Translations under genes and position numbers: made by a program
The notes under the pieces: generated by a model
Database searches by the model: none
What the model was told of the DNA's origin: nothing
What the model saw: only the letters and a program-made list of their open reading frames with translations
Part shown: in pieces, positions 27,001 to 39,000 of the stretch
Numbering within the stretch: the stretch's first letter is position 1
How the letters are laid out: every line of letters starts with the position of its first letter
Assembly (NCBI GenBank): GCA_963692915.1
Contig: OY843584.1
Coordinates: forward strand, 1,056,001 to 1,120,000
Direction of reading: 5' to 3'
Length of the DNA stretch: 64,000 nucleotides
From: Cenarchaeum sp.
GTDB lineage: Archaea > Thermoproteota > Nitrososphaeria > Nitrososphaerales > Nitrosopumilaceae

Positions 27001-30000
27001 GCGCACTAGTGGCCGCCAGGTGGTACACGCCCTCTGCGCTCACCTGCGCGTTGAGATCAAGCGTGATGACTGACTCGGCTATGCCGCCGGCCGGAGACGA
27101 GCGCGCAGGCGTGCCCGTGGCAGCGGCGAGCTGCGTCCCGCCCGTGGCCGCATCATGCAGCGCAAAGGCCGAGGCCGGAGGCGTGACGACTGCCTCGCTA
27201 AAGGCGAGCTCTATCGTGTCAGAATCAGTAAAGCGCGCCGAGAGTACAGTCGGCGGCGCGCCGTCAGTCGCCGTGGCCGCGCTAGTCAGGACTGCCGTGC
27301 CGGCAGTCAGGCCCGTGCCGTCATAGGTGACGCGCGGCGTCGCAGCAGTCGTGGGGAGCTCCCCGTGCGTGATGACTAGCTGCGTGGCCGCCGGACTCGA
27401 CGGTATGGCCGGCGTGGCCGCATCACCGGCACCCGTGGCAGTCTCTGGCGTCGCAGTCACAGAGCCAGTCGTCGCCACCGTGGAGACTGACGCCGTGCGC
27501 ACAACGTCATCGCCGTTGGCCACGGTCCAGGAGCCGGCATCAAGCGTGCCGCCAAGGGACTGCGTGAACGTGACGCGCGTCTGCGTCGCGCCTATCGTCT
27601 CGGCTGCGAACGCGGGGTCGCTGTACGTGACTGTGAGCCTCGATGCGGCAAAGGCGTTTGGCGGGACTGCCAGGTCAGCCAGCGTGGATGGCACAAAGAC
27701 TGTGTACGGGACCCCGGAGATCGTGTTGGCGATGCCTAGGCGAACCACCGAGGCCGACGCGCCGGCTGCCACCGAGGTGATCTCGAGCTCGTGGCCGGTG
27801 AACGGATCGGGCCTGACCTCCCAGCCAGTCGCCGGCCTCGTGACTGGCTCGCTGAACGCAATGTCAATGTGCGTCGAGCCGACAAAGGCCGCAGACACCA
27901 GGCTCGGGGGAGTGGTGTCATGGGCAACTGCCGTCGTGAGCGGAATCACGGCCCGTCCGCTGCTATCGACGTACAGCCTGTACTCGTCAGAGGCCCTGCT
28001 CACCGCGGTCTCTGGCGAGTAGCGGATCACGTGCGCCGTGTCTGAGCCGAGCGCATTGGCCGCCGGAATGGTCAGCATCAGCGTCATGCCGTCTGCTGCG
28101 AGATCGGCGCCCTCAAAGCGCACCGTGCCCAAGGTGCCCAAAGAGCCCACCCTGGGCAGGTCATCTGGCGTGTTGTCAACGATCCAGTGCTTGCCCGTGG
28201 CCACAAACGGCACAAACACGTTCGCGCCGTCGACAAGACTGCTCACGCCGTGATACTCCCCGTCGCCCGAGACGACGGCCTCGGTGAACGTGAGCTCGAC
28301 TTGCGTCGGCGAGACGATGCGTGCCGTAAAGACGGGCTGCTCGTCAGTCGTGAACGTAAAGGGTATTGTCACGAGCGGATTGTTGTCGTCTAGTGACGTG
28401 TCGCCAACCGAGAAGAACCTTTTGAGCGATGTGGGAATCTCGACTGCATACGACGGCGGTGTCGCAAGGGCAGAGTGCGAGCCATCGACGTGTAGCGTGA
28501 TCGTCGAGCCATCAGGCGTGCCGACGTATGTCGTGACCCTTGCGTCAAAGGCGTCGCCGAGTGCCACGCCGCCGGGCAGGCCAGCGCGCACGGGCGCGAC
28601 GCGCAGCGTGCCCCAACCGTCAAGCGGGCTCATGCTCGCCATGCCGGCAAGCGTTCGCATGTCCGGCACGTTGTTCCCGCCAAAGTGCAGGATTATCTGC
28701 GATGCCTCGCCGGTGCCGTCACGGCGCACAATGTCCACCGGCGGGCGAACGCTCTCAGTCGAGCCGGCAAACAGTCCGCCGTTGACGTTTGCTATCGTGG
28801 CGGGCAGCACGACAGAGTACCTGCGCACGTCTGCCCTGTCGGCAAGGTCCACTATGATCGTCATTGCGTCAGCGGGGTCGATGCGTGCTGCGTGTGCCGT
28901 CGTACCGCCTATGGCCGGCGTTATCGTGAGTGTGGACGGGACGGACGAGGCGAGCAGGTCGTCATCAAATGTCACGCGGAGCTCCTCGTACGCCGAAAAT
29001 GCCACGCCGGAGAGCCCGATGATGCCGTCAGTTGCGACCACCGAGGCGGCCGCCACGGGGTTGTTCGTGGCCACGTCGCCTGCTCCGGCAGTCAGCGCGT
29101 CGGCGAGATAGTTGGATGCCGGCCGCACATAGCTGACCGTCGGCGTGGCGTCCTCGCCAAACGGAGTGGCGGTTGTGAGCGTATAGACCGTGCGCACAAG
29201 CTCGCCTGCCGGCGTCGTCGCGCCGGTGAGCGTCCTGTCAGTCGCGATCACGGCGCTCGGCTTTGTGCCGTCGACTGTCCAGTGATCCACGTTCTGGTAT
29301 GCGGCCTGGCCAGAGTTGTGGATGAGCTCGCTGAACGTGACGTCGATGGTAGACGTGCTCATCGTGCGGGCCGTGAAGACCGGCGGGGCCTTGTCCTCGA
29401 GTGACACGGGCGTGGAGGTGCCGCCGAGCTGCGTCAGCGGGTTGCCATCACGATCAGTAAGAACGCGGTAATCGGCCAACGGCATGTGCACAACGCTTGA
29501 CGCCGTGAGGCCCATGAGCGGGCCGCTGCCGTCAGGGTCATCCAGGCTAGTCAGCGTGCGCGTCGCGCCGAGGTCAATGTCCGCCACTTGAGCAAAGTTG
29601 GTAAAGACATAGTCTCTATAGACAGGGTCGTCACGGATCCACCCGAAAGTAATCGAGGGCGAAGGGACGCCGTCGACCGACCAGTCGAGTGCAAGTGTGG
29701 CTTCACCCACTCTCTCGCTAAAGATGACACGCACCGTGTCCGCAGACGTGAGCTGGGCACGGAACTCGGGCGGAGTCAAGCCCTCCACTGGAATCTGGAC
29801 CCTCGAGCCGGCCGGATAGCGGTTGTTGCCGTCTGTGTCAGTCACGAGCGGCAAGATGACCTCATAGTCCACCCCCACTGCTGCCAGGATTTGCGTCCTT
29901 AGCGTGACTGTTGCGGTGTTTGCCGTCATGTCGTTGATCCGCGAGGGCGTGACTGTGCCGAGGGCCTGGGAGTTCTGGCCCAGGAGCGTCACGGTAAAGT

Positions 30001-33000
30001 CGAGGCCCACGACGTCGTTGATCTGGTCGTCGTACACGATGTATATGCTGCGGGACGGGTTGAACCCTATAGCCGTGATGTCCGGTCCGGTCGTGTCAGC
30101 CGGCCCGACTCCGATCGCCGTGGTCCTGCTGGTGCCCTGACCCGCGGAGCCGTCTAGGGCATCCAGTTGCGGGGACCTGATGGTGTATGTGGTGCCCTCT
30201 GTGGCATCATTCTCGGTATCTAGCGTGATCGTGTCAGCGGCCGCCGAGTATGTAGCAGTGACCGTGCCGAGGGAGGGGCTGACGGAGAACCCTGTGGAGC
30301 CGGGATCCTTCACATCTATGTTGAGGGTGAGCACAATGCGCTTGGACGTCACAAAGTGCGCCCCGAGGATCACTGGGGCCACAGCGGCTGTCGAGACCGG
30401 AGAGATCGTGCCGGCAGCAGAGGAGACGCCGGCGAGGTTTGTGATTGGCGGGTATGACACGACGTATGCGCCTCCGGTTCTTACTGCAGTCTCCGTGGCA
30501 AGCCAGATAGTCGAGGTGTCTGTCATCTCGTCATTGACGCGAGTAGCCGAGACTGCGCCAAAGGCCTGCGCAGTGCCGCCCGGCAGCGACACGGTAAAGG
30601 CGAGTGTGGAGACGTCTGTGATGCGGTCGTCCACGTCGATCGTTATCGTGTATGGCGTGGTGCGCTCCACGTCAGAGAGAACCGGCGCCGTCGTGTCATC
30701 ATATGTCGCCGAGAGCGTCACGGGGCTTTCGCTTCGCTCTTGGAGATCCCTTACGACAGGGTATCGGATCGTATAGGTCTGGCCAGCCGTCGCCGCCGTG
30801 GTCGTGGTGATGGTGAACGTGTCAGCCGCAGCCGAGTACGCAGCCGTGAGGCCGCCTAGGGCAGGCGTGACTATAAACGCCCTGATCAATTCGGGATTCC
30901 CTTCGGCCGTTGCCGTTCTGACAAATCCGACGTCTCGTTCGATGAGATCCTCGTTCACGTCGATCACTATCGTGTTGGCTTCAGTAAAGCGCGCGTTGGA
31001 CGCACGCGCCGGCGTCGTGTCAGCTGCCAATGCGTCAGTGCGGCCCGATGCTGCCGCATTGCCGTCCGTGTCAGTTATTGCCGGATATGACACATAGTAC
31101 ATGGGCGGGTCATCAAAGGAGACGGCGCTGGCGAGCTTGAGTGTGATCGTCGCCGTGTCTGTTTCGATGTCGTTGGCGCGCGAGGCCGTGATCGTGTTGA
31201 CTTGCACTAGCGGCATGGCCGGTGAGCCCGGCGTGTTGCGCTCTAGCTGGAACGTTAGGCCCGAGACGTCGCGGATGCGGTCATCGACGTCTATCTCTAT
31301 GAGATCCTGCGAGATGAACCTCGCGCCTGAGAGGACAGGCGGCACGGTGTCTCCACTCGAGACCGCGAACCGGATGGCGCCGCGGTCGTGTGTGTTGCCT
31401 AAGAGGTCAGGCACTGTGGGGAAGCGAATCTGGTAGGGCGTGTTCTCGGCGGCTGCGATCGCAGTCACCAGCGTGATCGTCGCCGTGTCCGCGTCGCTGT
31501 CGTTCACGCGCGAGGCCGTGACTGTGCCAAGGGTAGAGGCAGTTGAGTCAGGGCCCAAGTACACCCTGAACTCCCTGTCCGCGACGGGGAGGATCTGCTC
31601 GTTGACGTCGATGACTATCGTGTTGGCGTCAGTAAAGCGCGCATTGTGGAATATCGGCGCTGACGTGTCACGCGAGGTCGCGGTGAGCTCGCCGGCGGCA
31701 AGCGGGTTGCCCACAACGTCAGAGATCGACGGGTACTCTATGACATAGGCAGTCTCACTAGTCGCAGCATCAGTCGTCCTCAGTATGATCTTGTCCCTGG
31801 ACGGATAATAGACGTATGACACGTCGCCGAGGCTGGTTGCGCGATCCGAGGCGAGCTCGACGGCAAAGACGAGCGTTCCCGTGTCGACAATCTCCTCGCT
31901 CACGTCGATCTCGATCGTGCGCGAGTTGACAAATGTCGCGCCTGGGAGCGCAGGCGACGTCGTGTCATACCTTGCGTCGATGCTGGCCGAATGGTCATCA
32001 TCCTCTCCGGCCTCGGTGATGTCAGCAGACGCTATCCGGTACGTCGTGCTCTCTGTCGCCGCAGCCACCGTGAGCGTTATCGTGTTCAACGTGGCGTCAA
32101 ATAACGGCAGCGTGGAAGTGCTCACGGTGAGCGTGTCTGTGAGTCCAGGCAGCGCGCTGACTGTGAACGTGCCTACCGGCGAGGCCGAGATCGCCTCGCT
32201 CGTCGTGATCTCTATGGTCGTTGGGGACGTGAATTGTGCCCCTGTGAACGTTGGTGGCGCGTCGTCAGTCAGCGTGGACGGCGAGGTCGGAATCGTGTTA
32301 TCTGTCGCGTCTCTAAACGGTAAGCTCGCCGGCGGCGTGTAGACGATCGAGGACGGCGTGAGCGCCGGTGATGACGTGAGGTCAGTGGCGCGCGCGGCAC
32401 CAAGTGTGAGCACAAGGCCGTCGGCAGACGATATCGAGCCTATTGCCTGGCCTCCTACCGTCCAGTCCGGAGCATAGGGCACGCCGACCACGGTTTCGCT
32501 AAAGTCCAGCGCTATGGTCGACGAGCTTGTGAGGCGCGCGCCAAAGATAAGCGGCGCGCTGTCAGTCGCCGCAGTGTCGCGCGTGGCGATATCCGAGGTG
32601 CCCTCGGCGAAGAACCCGCCGGCCGGCCTCATGTCGGGCTTTGTGTACGCGACTTGCGGCGTGGCCGTCGTCGAGGAGAGCGCAGGGTGCGTGATGAGCA
32701 GGCGCGTGGCAGTCGAGTCGTCCGGTATGGCAATCGGGGTGTCTGCCGTGGCCGCAGTCGCCGTCGGGGTGCCGTCGGCCTCAGCAGTCGCCACGCTCGA
32801 CGGCGTGTGCTCCACGTTCATCGAGTCGGCCGTGTCGTTGTCCGTGACCGTCCAGTCGTCCACGTCGAGCGTGCCCCTGAGCGCGTCGCCGGTAAACGTG
32901 ACGAGCGTAGTCGTGAGGCTCCTCGTGGCAGCCGTGAAGGGGACATACGTGTACGTCGCCTTCGTCATGGCGCCGTCGCCTATCACGTTGGCCGACGTGG

Positions 33001-36000
33001 CGAGGTCCTCGATGTCGTCGGCCAGGTTGATCGTGTACTCCGTGCCGGACGTGGCCGCCGAGACGGTGAGCGTGTACTCGTTGTCTGTGTGGTCCACGTC
33101 TGACACGGTCAGGCCGGTCACAGTCCACCCGTCTGATGCCTCAAAGCCAGTCTCGCCGGTCACGTTCTCGCTGAACTCCACGGTGATCGTAGTGGCGTCA
33201 TCGAACGTGGCGGTGAACGTCGGCGGCACGCCGTCAGTGGCCGCCGTGTCGCGCGTGTCGAGATCAGAGGTGCCCTCGGCGAGGAACCCGCCGGCCGGCT
33301 CGATGCCGGGCTTTGCGTACGCGACTTGCGGCGTGGCCGCCGTCGAGGAGAGCGGATCGTGCGTGATGAGGAGCTGCGTGACGTCTGGGGTTGACGGGAT
33401 CACCGGCGTCTGTTCTGCCGCGCCGCCCGACACGACCGGCGTCGCCACAGTCATCGTCGCGACGCCGCCGACCGCAGTCGCCACGCTCAATGTCGTCAGC
33501 GCCACGTTGTCCACCGCGTTGGCCGCGTCGTTCTCGGTGACCGTCCAGTCGTCCACGTCGAGCGTGCCCTCGAGCGCGGCGCCGGTAAACGTGACGAGCG
33601 TCGTCGTGAGGCTCGCAGTGGCGGCCGTGAAGGGGTCGGCTGCGACGGTCGCGGTGATGCCGTCGGCGGCGATCGCCGACGCGCCGTCCATGACAGGGTT
33701 GTTCTCGACAGGGTCAAGGTGGCTAGGTTTAGCATTCACCGTGTCGGCAAGGTAGCTGGAGGCGGGGCGGGTATAGGTGACTGTGGGCATGTCGTCCACG
33801 CCAAGGGTCGCCACGGTGAGCGTAAAGACCGTGTGTGTAGCGCCGCCCTGCGTAACGTTGGCCGCGTTCAGGCCGCTCGGCGGGGCGCCGTCTACGTCCC
33901 AGTTCCCCACGGCTCTAAAGGCGGCGTTAACAGCGGCGTCTCCCGTGTTGCGTAGCGTCTCGCTGAACGTGACGTCTATCATCGCCGTCGTCGACGTGCG
34001 CGCCGTGAACGTCGGCGGGGCCTTGTCGGTGACGGCCGTGGCAGATGTCGAGCCGGCGGCGGCCGCAAGGTAGAGCTCTGCCGAGTTCCGGAGCGTGTCA
34101 TCACCCGTCGACGGGCGCGTATAGGCCACGCTCGCCGCGGTGATCGCAGTCAGGTCGCCGTCACCGTCGGGGTCGGCCAGGCTGGTGGAGGGGCGCGCCG
34201 CCTCTAGCGTGAGGACGATCTCTGTGGCGTCAAAGGGCGAGGACGGCACCGCAGTCCTGACTGTCGAGCCGGCGACTGCCCACTCGGAGCCGGCAGTCAC
34301 GCCAAAGACGGCCTCGTTGAACGTGATCCTCACGGTGTCCGCCGAGGTCAGCTCGGCGCTGAACGTAGGCGCCGACGTGTCCTCGGCGTACGTGGCAGTC
34401 ACCGAGACGGCGGCGAGCGCGTTGTCCGAGGAGTCGTCTATGCCCGCGGGCAGCGCGACAGAGTACTCGCCGTCAGACGGCGAGGAGATCGTGACTGTCG
34501 CCCTGTCGGTGTTGTCGGCGTGGTCTGCGTTCAGCGCGCCGCCGGGCGTGACGGCCAGCGTGTCCGGCACTCCGTTGACCGGCTCGCTGAACAGGATGAC
34601 GATCGCGCTGCCCAAAAAGGCCGCCCTGGCAGTCGGCGGCGCGCCGTCAGCCACTGCCGTGGCCGTGGCCCTCGAGCCGGCGGTGGCGACAAGGTCGTTG
34701 CCGGCGCCGTCGGCGAGCGTGTTGGACGCAGTCGCCGAGTCGGCCGCAGGGCGCGCATAGACCACGTTTGCCGTCGTGATCTCCTCGAGCGGGCCTGCAC
34801 CGTCTGGGTCTGCCAGCGCCGTGCCCGCGCGCGAGGCCGACAGCGTGAGGACGATCTCGTCGACCGAGGAGGGCGAGGAGGGCGTGACTGAGCTGACTGT
34901 CGAGCCGGCGACGGTCCACTCGGCCGGCGCCGTCGTGCCGCTGACAGCCTCGGTAAACATGATCGTCACGGTGTCAGCAGACGTGAGCGTCGCGCTGAAC
35001 GTCGGCGCAGTAGTGTCTGGCATGTCCGCCGTGTACGCCACCGTCTCGGCCACGGCCACAAGCGCGTTGCCGGCTAGGTCGAGGACCGTGGCAGGTATGC
35101 TTACGGCATAGTCCCCGTCCGCGCTGGCGTTGACGTCGACTGTGACAGTCATGCCGCTCGCCGTCGCACCGTACGGCGTCGGGACTCCAGACGGCGGCGT
35201 GACCATTATGTCACCGGTGACCGTGACGTTCTCGCTGAACGTGAGGACGATGTCATTGCCGGCAAACGCCGAGCTCACAAACGTCGGCGCAACCTTGTCC
35301 ACGATTGGCACGGCATCAGCCGTACTGCCAGTCGCAAAGCCCGACTCGGCCACCGAGCCGGACGCCGTCGTTATCGTGCCGGACACCGTGCCGTCGGTGA
35401 CCGATATCGAGAGGGCCATCGTGCCCTCGGGCGCCGAGACGCCCACGGGCAGGTCGTACGTCCACGCATTCGCGTCCCCTGAGACGGCGTTCATGGCTAT
35501 GTTCGTGACCCCGGCCCCGCTGAGGCGCGGCCTCTCGGTGATCGCCTCGTTGAGCGTGAGCCGTATGCTCACGTCGTCGTTGAGCTTTGCGTAAAGCTCC
35601 GAGTCGCCGGACTTTTCCACGCCGGCGCTAGCAAGGCCGTCGTACACCGTAAAGGACATTGCAGTCGCCAGCGGCGGCGCGTCATAGGTCGCCGTGGCCG
35701 CCGCGCCGGCGTACGCGTTGCCGGCCCTGTCGGTGACAGTCGCCAGCGCGACAGAGTACGACCCGCCCTCGACGGGGAGCGCCGTGACGGTGAGGACAGT
35801 GTCCTGCGCGTCGGCGTCCCTCGGGCCGGCCACGCCTGGCGCCGGGGGCGTGAGCTGCAGCATGGCCGGAGAGACGACGTTCTCGCTGAACGTGATGACA
35901 AGCGAGCGAGCCGAGAAGGCCGCGGACACTAGCGTCGGCGCCGTGCGGTCAATGGTGGGCAGCTCCGTAGGCGCAGCGCCCACGTGGCCGGCCGTAGGCG

Positions 36001-39000
36001 TTATAGGCACCGACGCGTCGGCGGCGTCGGCCGCAGTTATCGTAAAGTCCAGCGCGCCCTCGGGCGTCGTGTCCGAGACGGCGAGGTCATAGTGCCACGT
36101 CGTGTCTACGCTGCCGCCCGTGTTCGTCATGGGCTTGTCCGTGAGCCCGCCGACGTCGATCCTCGGCGTGCCAGAGGCGTCCTCGTCGAGCGTGAGCAGG
36201 AGGCGGATCGTCTCGCCCTCTTTTGCGTGCAGCGCATAGTCGCCGCCCTTTAGCGTGTTGGTGCCCGGGGCCGACGTGTGGACCTCAAAGGAGATCGAGT
36301 CGGCCCTCGGCGGCGCGCCGAACTTGGCGCCTCCCGGCACGGCCGTGTTGGCGGTCAGGCCGTTCCCCCCCTCGTCGTCTATCCCGCTCAGGATCAGGGC
36401 GTACGTGCCCGTGGCCACACTGTCGTGCAGCGCGAAGCGCAGGCCGGTGTTCGGCCCGTGCTCGGTACCTGGCGGATCAAAGGGGTTGGGGGCCGTCGCC
36501 GTGGACTCTGGCGCCGTGCCCGTGGTGACCTCGGCGCCGTTGGCGGTGACCGACAGGGGGAGGGTGGTGGGCCTCACGACTGCCTCGCTAAAGATGACCT
36601 CGACGGCGTTGGCCGCCGTAAAGCTGCCCTCCACAGGGGCCGGCGGCGCGCCGTCGGCGGCGGTGACGGGGCTCATGCCAGTCGAGTCCACCGCGTTGCC
36701 GACCCTGTCGGCCAGGAGCGCCTGCCCCATGGCCAGATCGGACTCGGCCGGCCGCACGTACGAGACCTCCGGCGTCGAGGCCGTCGAGGGGAGATCGCCG
36801 TGGTGGAGGATCACCGTGAGCTCCCCGCGCGGCCCTGTCGTGTCTGCGCCCATTGGCGCCCCGCCGGGCAGGTTCACGCTCGTGACGGTGGGCGTGGAGC
36901 CCCCGTCCGAGACTGACCAGTCGGCCGCGCGCGCCGTGCCCACGATCGGCTCGGCGAAGGAGAGCGCCGTGCGCCCCGGGGCCTGCGTCCTGGCCGTGAA
37001 CGCCGGCGGCGTGGTGTCCTCCACGGCAGACGAGGTCCCGTCGGCCAGCGCGTTGCCGGCCGCGTCGACTAGCGAGCCGGCCCTGGCCGTCTCGCCGTCC
37101 GACGGGACGTCGAGCGTGAGCGTGATCGGCCTGTCCGCGTTGAAGATGTTATAGCTGGGGTCGAACCGTCCAACGCCCGCCGCGGGCACGACCGTGGCGG
37201 TGCCGGCGTCCAGGTCAACGGTGGCCGTCGCGGCGCCCAGCGTGGCGTCGGCGGTGTCCCCGAGGTTCCTCCCGCTGAACGTCCAGTCGGCCTCTGTCGG
37301 CAGCGTCTTGCCGGTGGCCATCGAGACGGTCTCGGAGAAGGTCACGGTGTGGACGGGGCTAGCGGTGCCGGTCAGCGGCCTCTCTACGGTGAACGTCGGC
37401 GGCGCGCCGTCAGTGGCCGCCGTGCCGCGCGTGGCGACCTCGGATGTGCCCTCGGCGAGGAACCCGCCAGTCGGCCTGTCGTCAGGCTTTGTGTACGCGA
37501 CGTTCGGCGTGGCCGCCGTCGAGGAGAGCGGATCGTGCGTGATGAGGAGCTGCGTGACGTCTGGGGTTGACGGGATCACCGGCGTCTGTTCTGACGCGCC
37601 GCCCTGCACGGCCGGCGTCGCCACAGTCGTCGTCGCGACGCCGCTGAGCGCAGTCGCCACGCTCAATGTCGTCAGCGCCACGTTGTCCGCAGAATCAGTC
37701 GCGTCGTTCTCGGTGACCGTCCAGTCGTCCACGTCGAGCGTGCCGGCGAGCGCGGCTCCGTTGAACGTGACGAGCGTAGTCGTGAGGCTCGCAGTGGCGG
37801 CCGTGAAGGGGTCTACGATGGTCGCGGCTATGCCGTCAGAGGCTATCGCCGACTCGCCGTCCATGACAGGGTTGTTCTCGGCAGGGTCTGTGCTGCTAGA
37901 GCCGGCCTTCACCGCGTCGGCGAGGTAGCTGGAGGCGGGGCGGGTATAGGTGACCGTGGGCATGTCGTCCACGCCAAGGGTCGCCACGGTGAGCGTAAAG
38001 ACCGTGTATGTAGCGCCGTCCCGCGTAACGTTTTCCGCGGTCAGGGCGCTCGGCGGGGCGCCGTCCACGGCCCAGTGCCCCACGGCTCTAAAGGTGGCGC
38101 CAGCATCGGCGGATCCCGTGTTACGCATCGTCTCGCTGAACGTGACGGCCATCATCGTCGTCGTCAACGTGCGCGCCGTGAACGTCGGCGGGGCCTTGTC
38201 GGTGACGGCCGTGGCAGATGTCGAGCCGGCGGCGGCCGCAAGGCGGAGCTCCGCCGAGTTCCGGAGCGTGTCATCGCCCGTCGACGGGCGCGTATAGGCC
38301 ACGCTCGCCGCGGTGATCTCCGCCAGGTCGCCAGCACCGTCGGGGTCGTCCAGGCTGGTGTAGGGGCGCGCCGGGTCTAGCGTGAGGACGATCTCCGTGG
38401 CGTCAAAGGGCGAGGACGGCACCGCAGTCCTGACTGTCGAGCCGGCGACTGCCCACTCGGAGCCGGCAGTCACGCCAAAGACGGCCTCGTTGAACGTGAT
38501 CCTCACGGTCTGCGCCGAGGTCAGCTCGGCGCTGAACGTCGGCGCCGACGTGTCCTCGGCGTACGTGGCAGTCACCGGGGCGGCGGCGAGCGCGTTGTCC
38601 GAGGCGTCGTCTATGCCCGCAGGCAGCGCGACAGAGTACCCGCCGGCAGCCGGCGAGGAGATCGCGACTGTCGCCCTGTCGGTGTTGTCGGTGTGGTCTG
38701 TGCCAGTCGGACCGGCAGTGACAGTCGAGCCGGCCGGTGGCGTGAGGGCAAGCGTGTCCGGCACGCCGTTGACCGGCTCGCTGAACAGGATGACGATCGC
38801 GCTGCCCAAAAAGGCCGCCCTGGCAGTCGGCGGCGCGCCGTCGGCCACTGCGGTGGCCGTGGCCGTCATCCCGGCTGCGGCAAGGTCGTTGCCGGCGCCG
38901 TCGGCGAGCGTGTTGGAAGCAGTCGCCGAGTCGGCCGCAGGGCGCGCATAGACCACGCTCGCCGTCGTGATCTCCTCGAGCGGGCCATCACCGTCGGGGT

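Noticed and set aside
20190-32550. Lower-GC segments as an inserted mobile element or intein
   Set aside because: They continue the same frame with Ig-like modules. I saw no transposase, terminal repeats or intein splice motifs.
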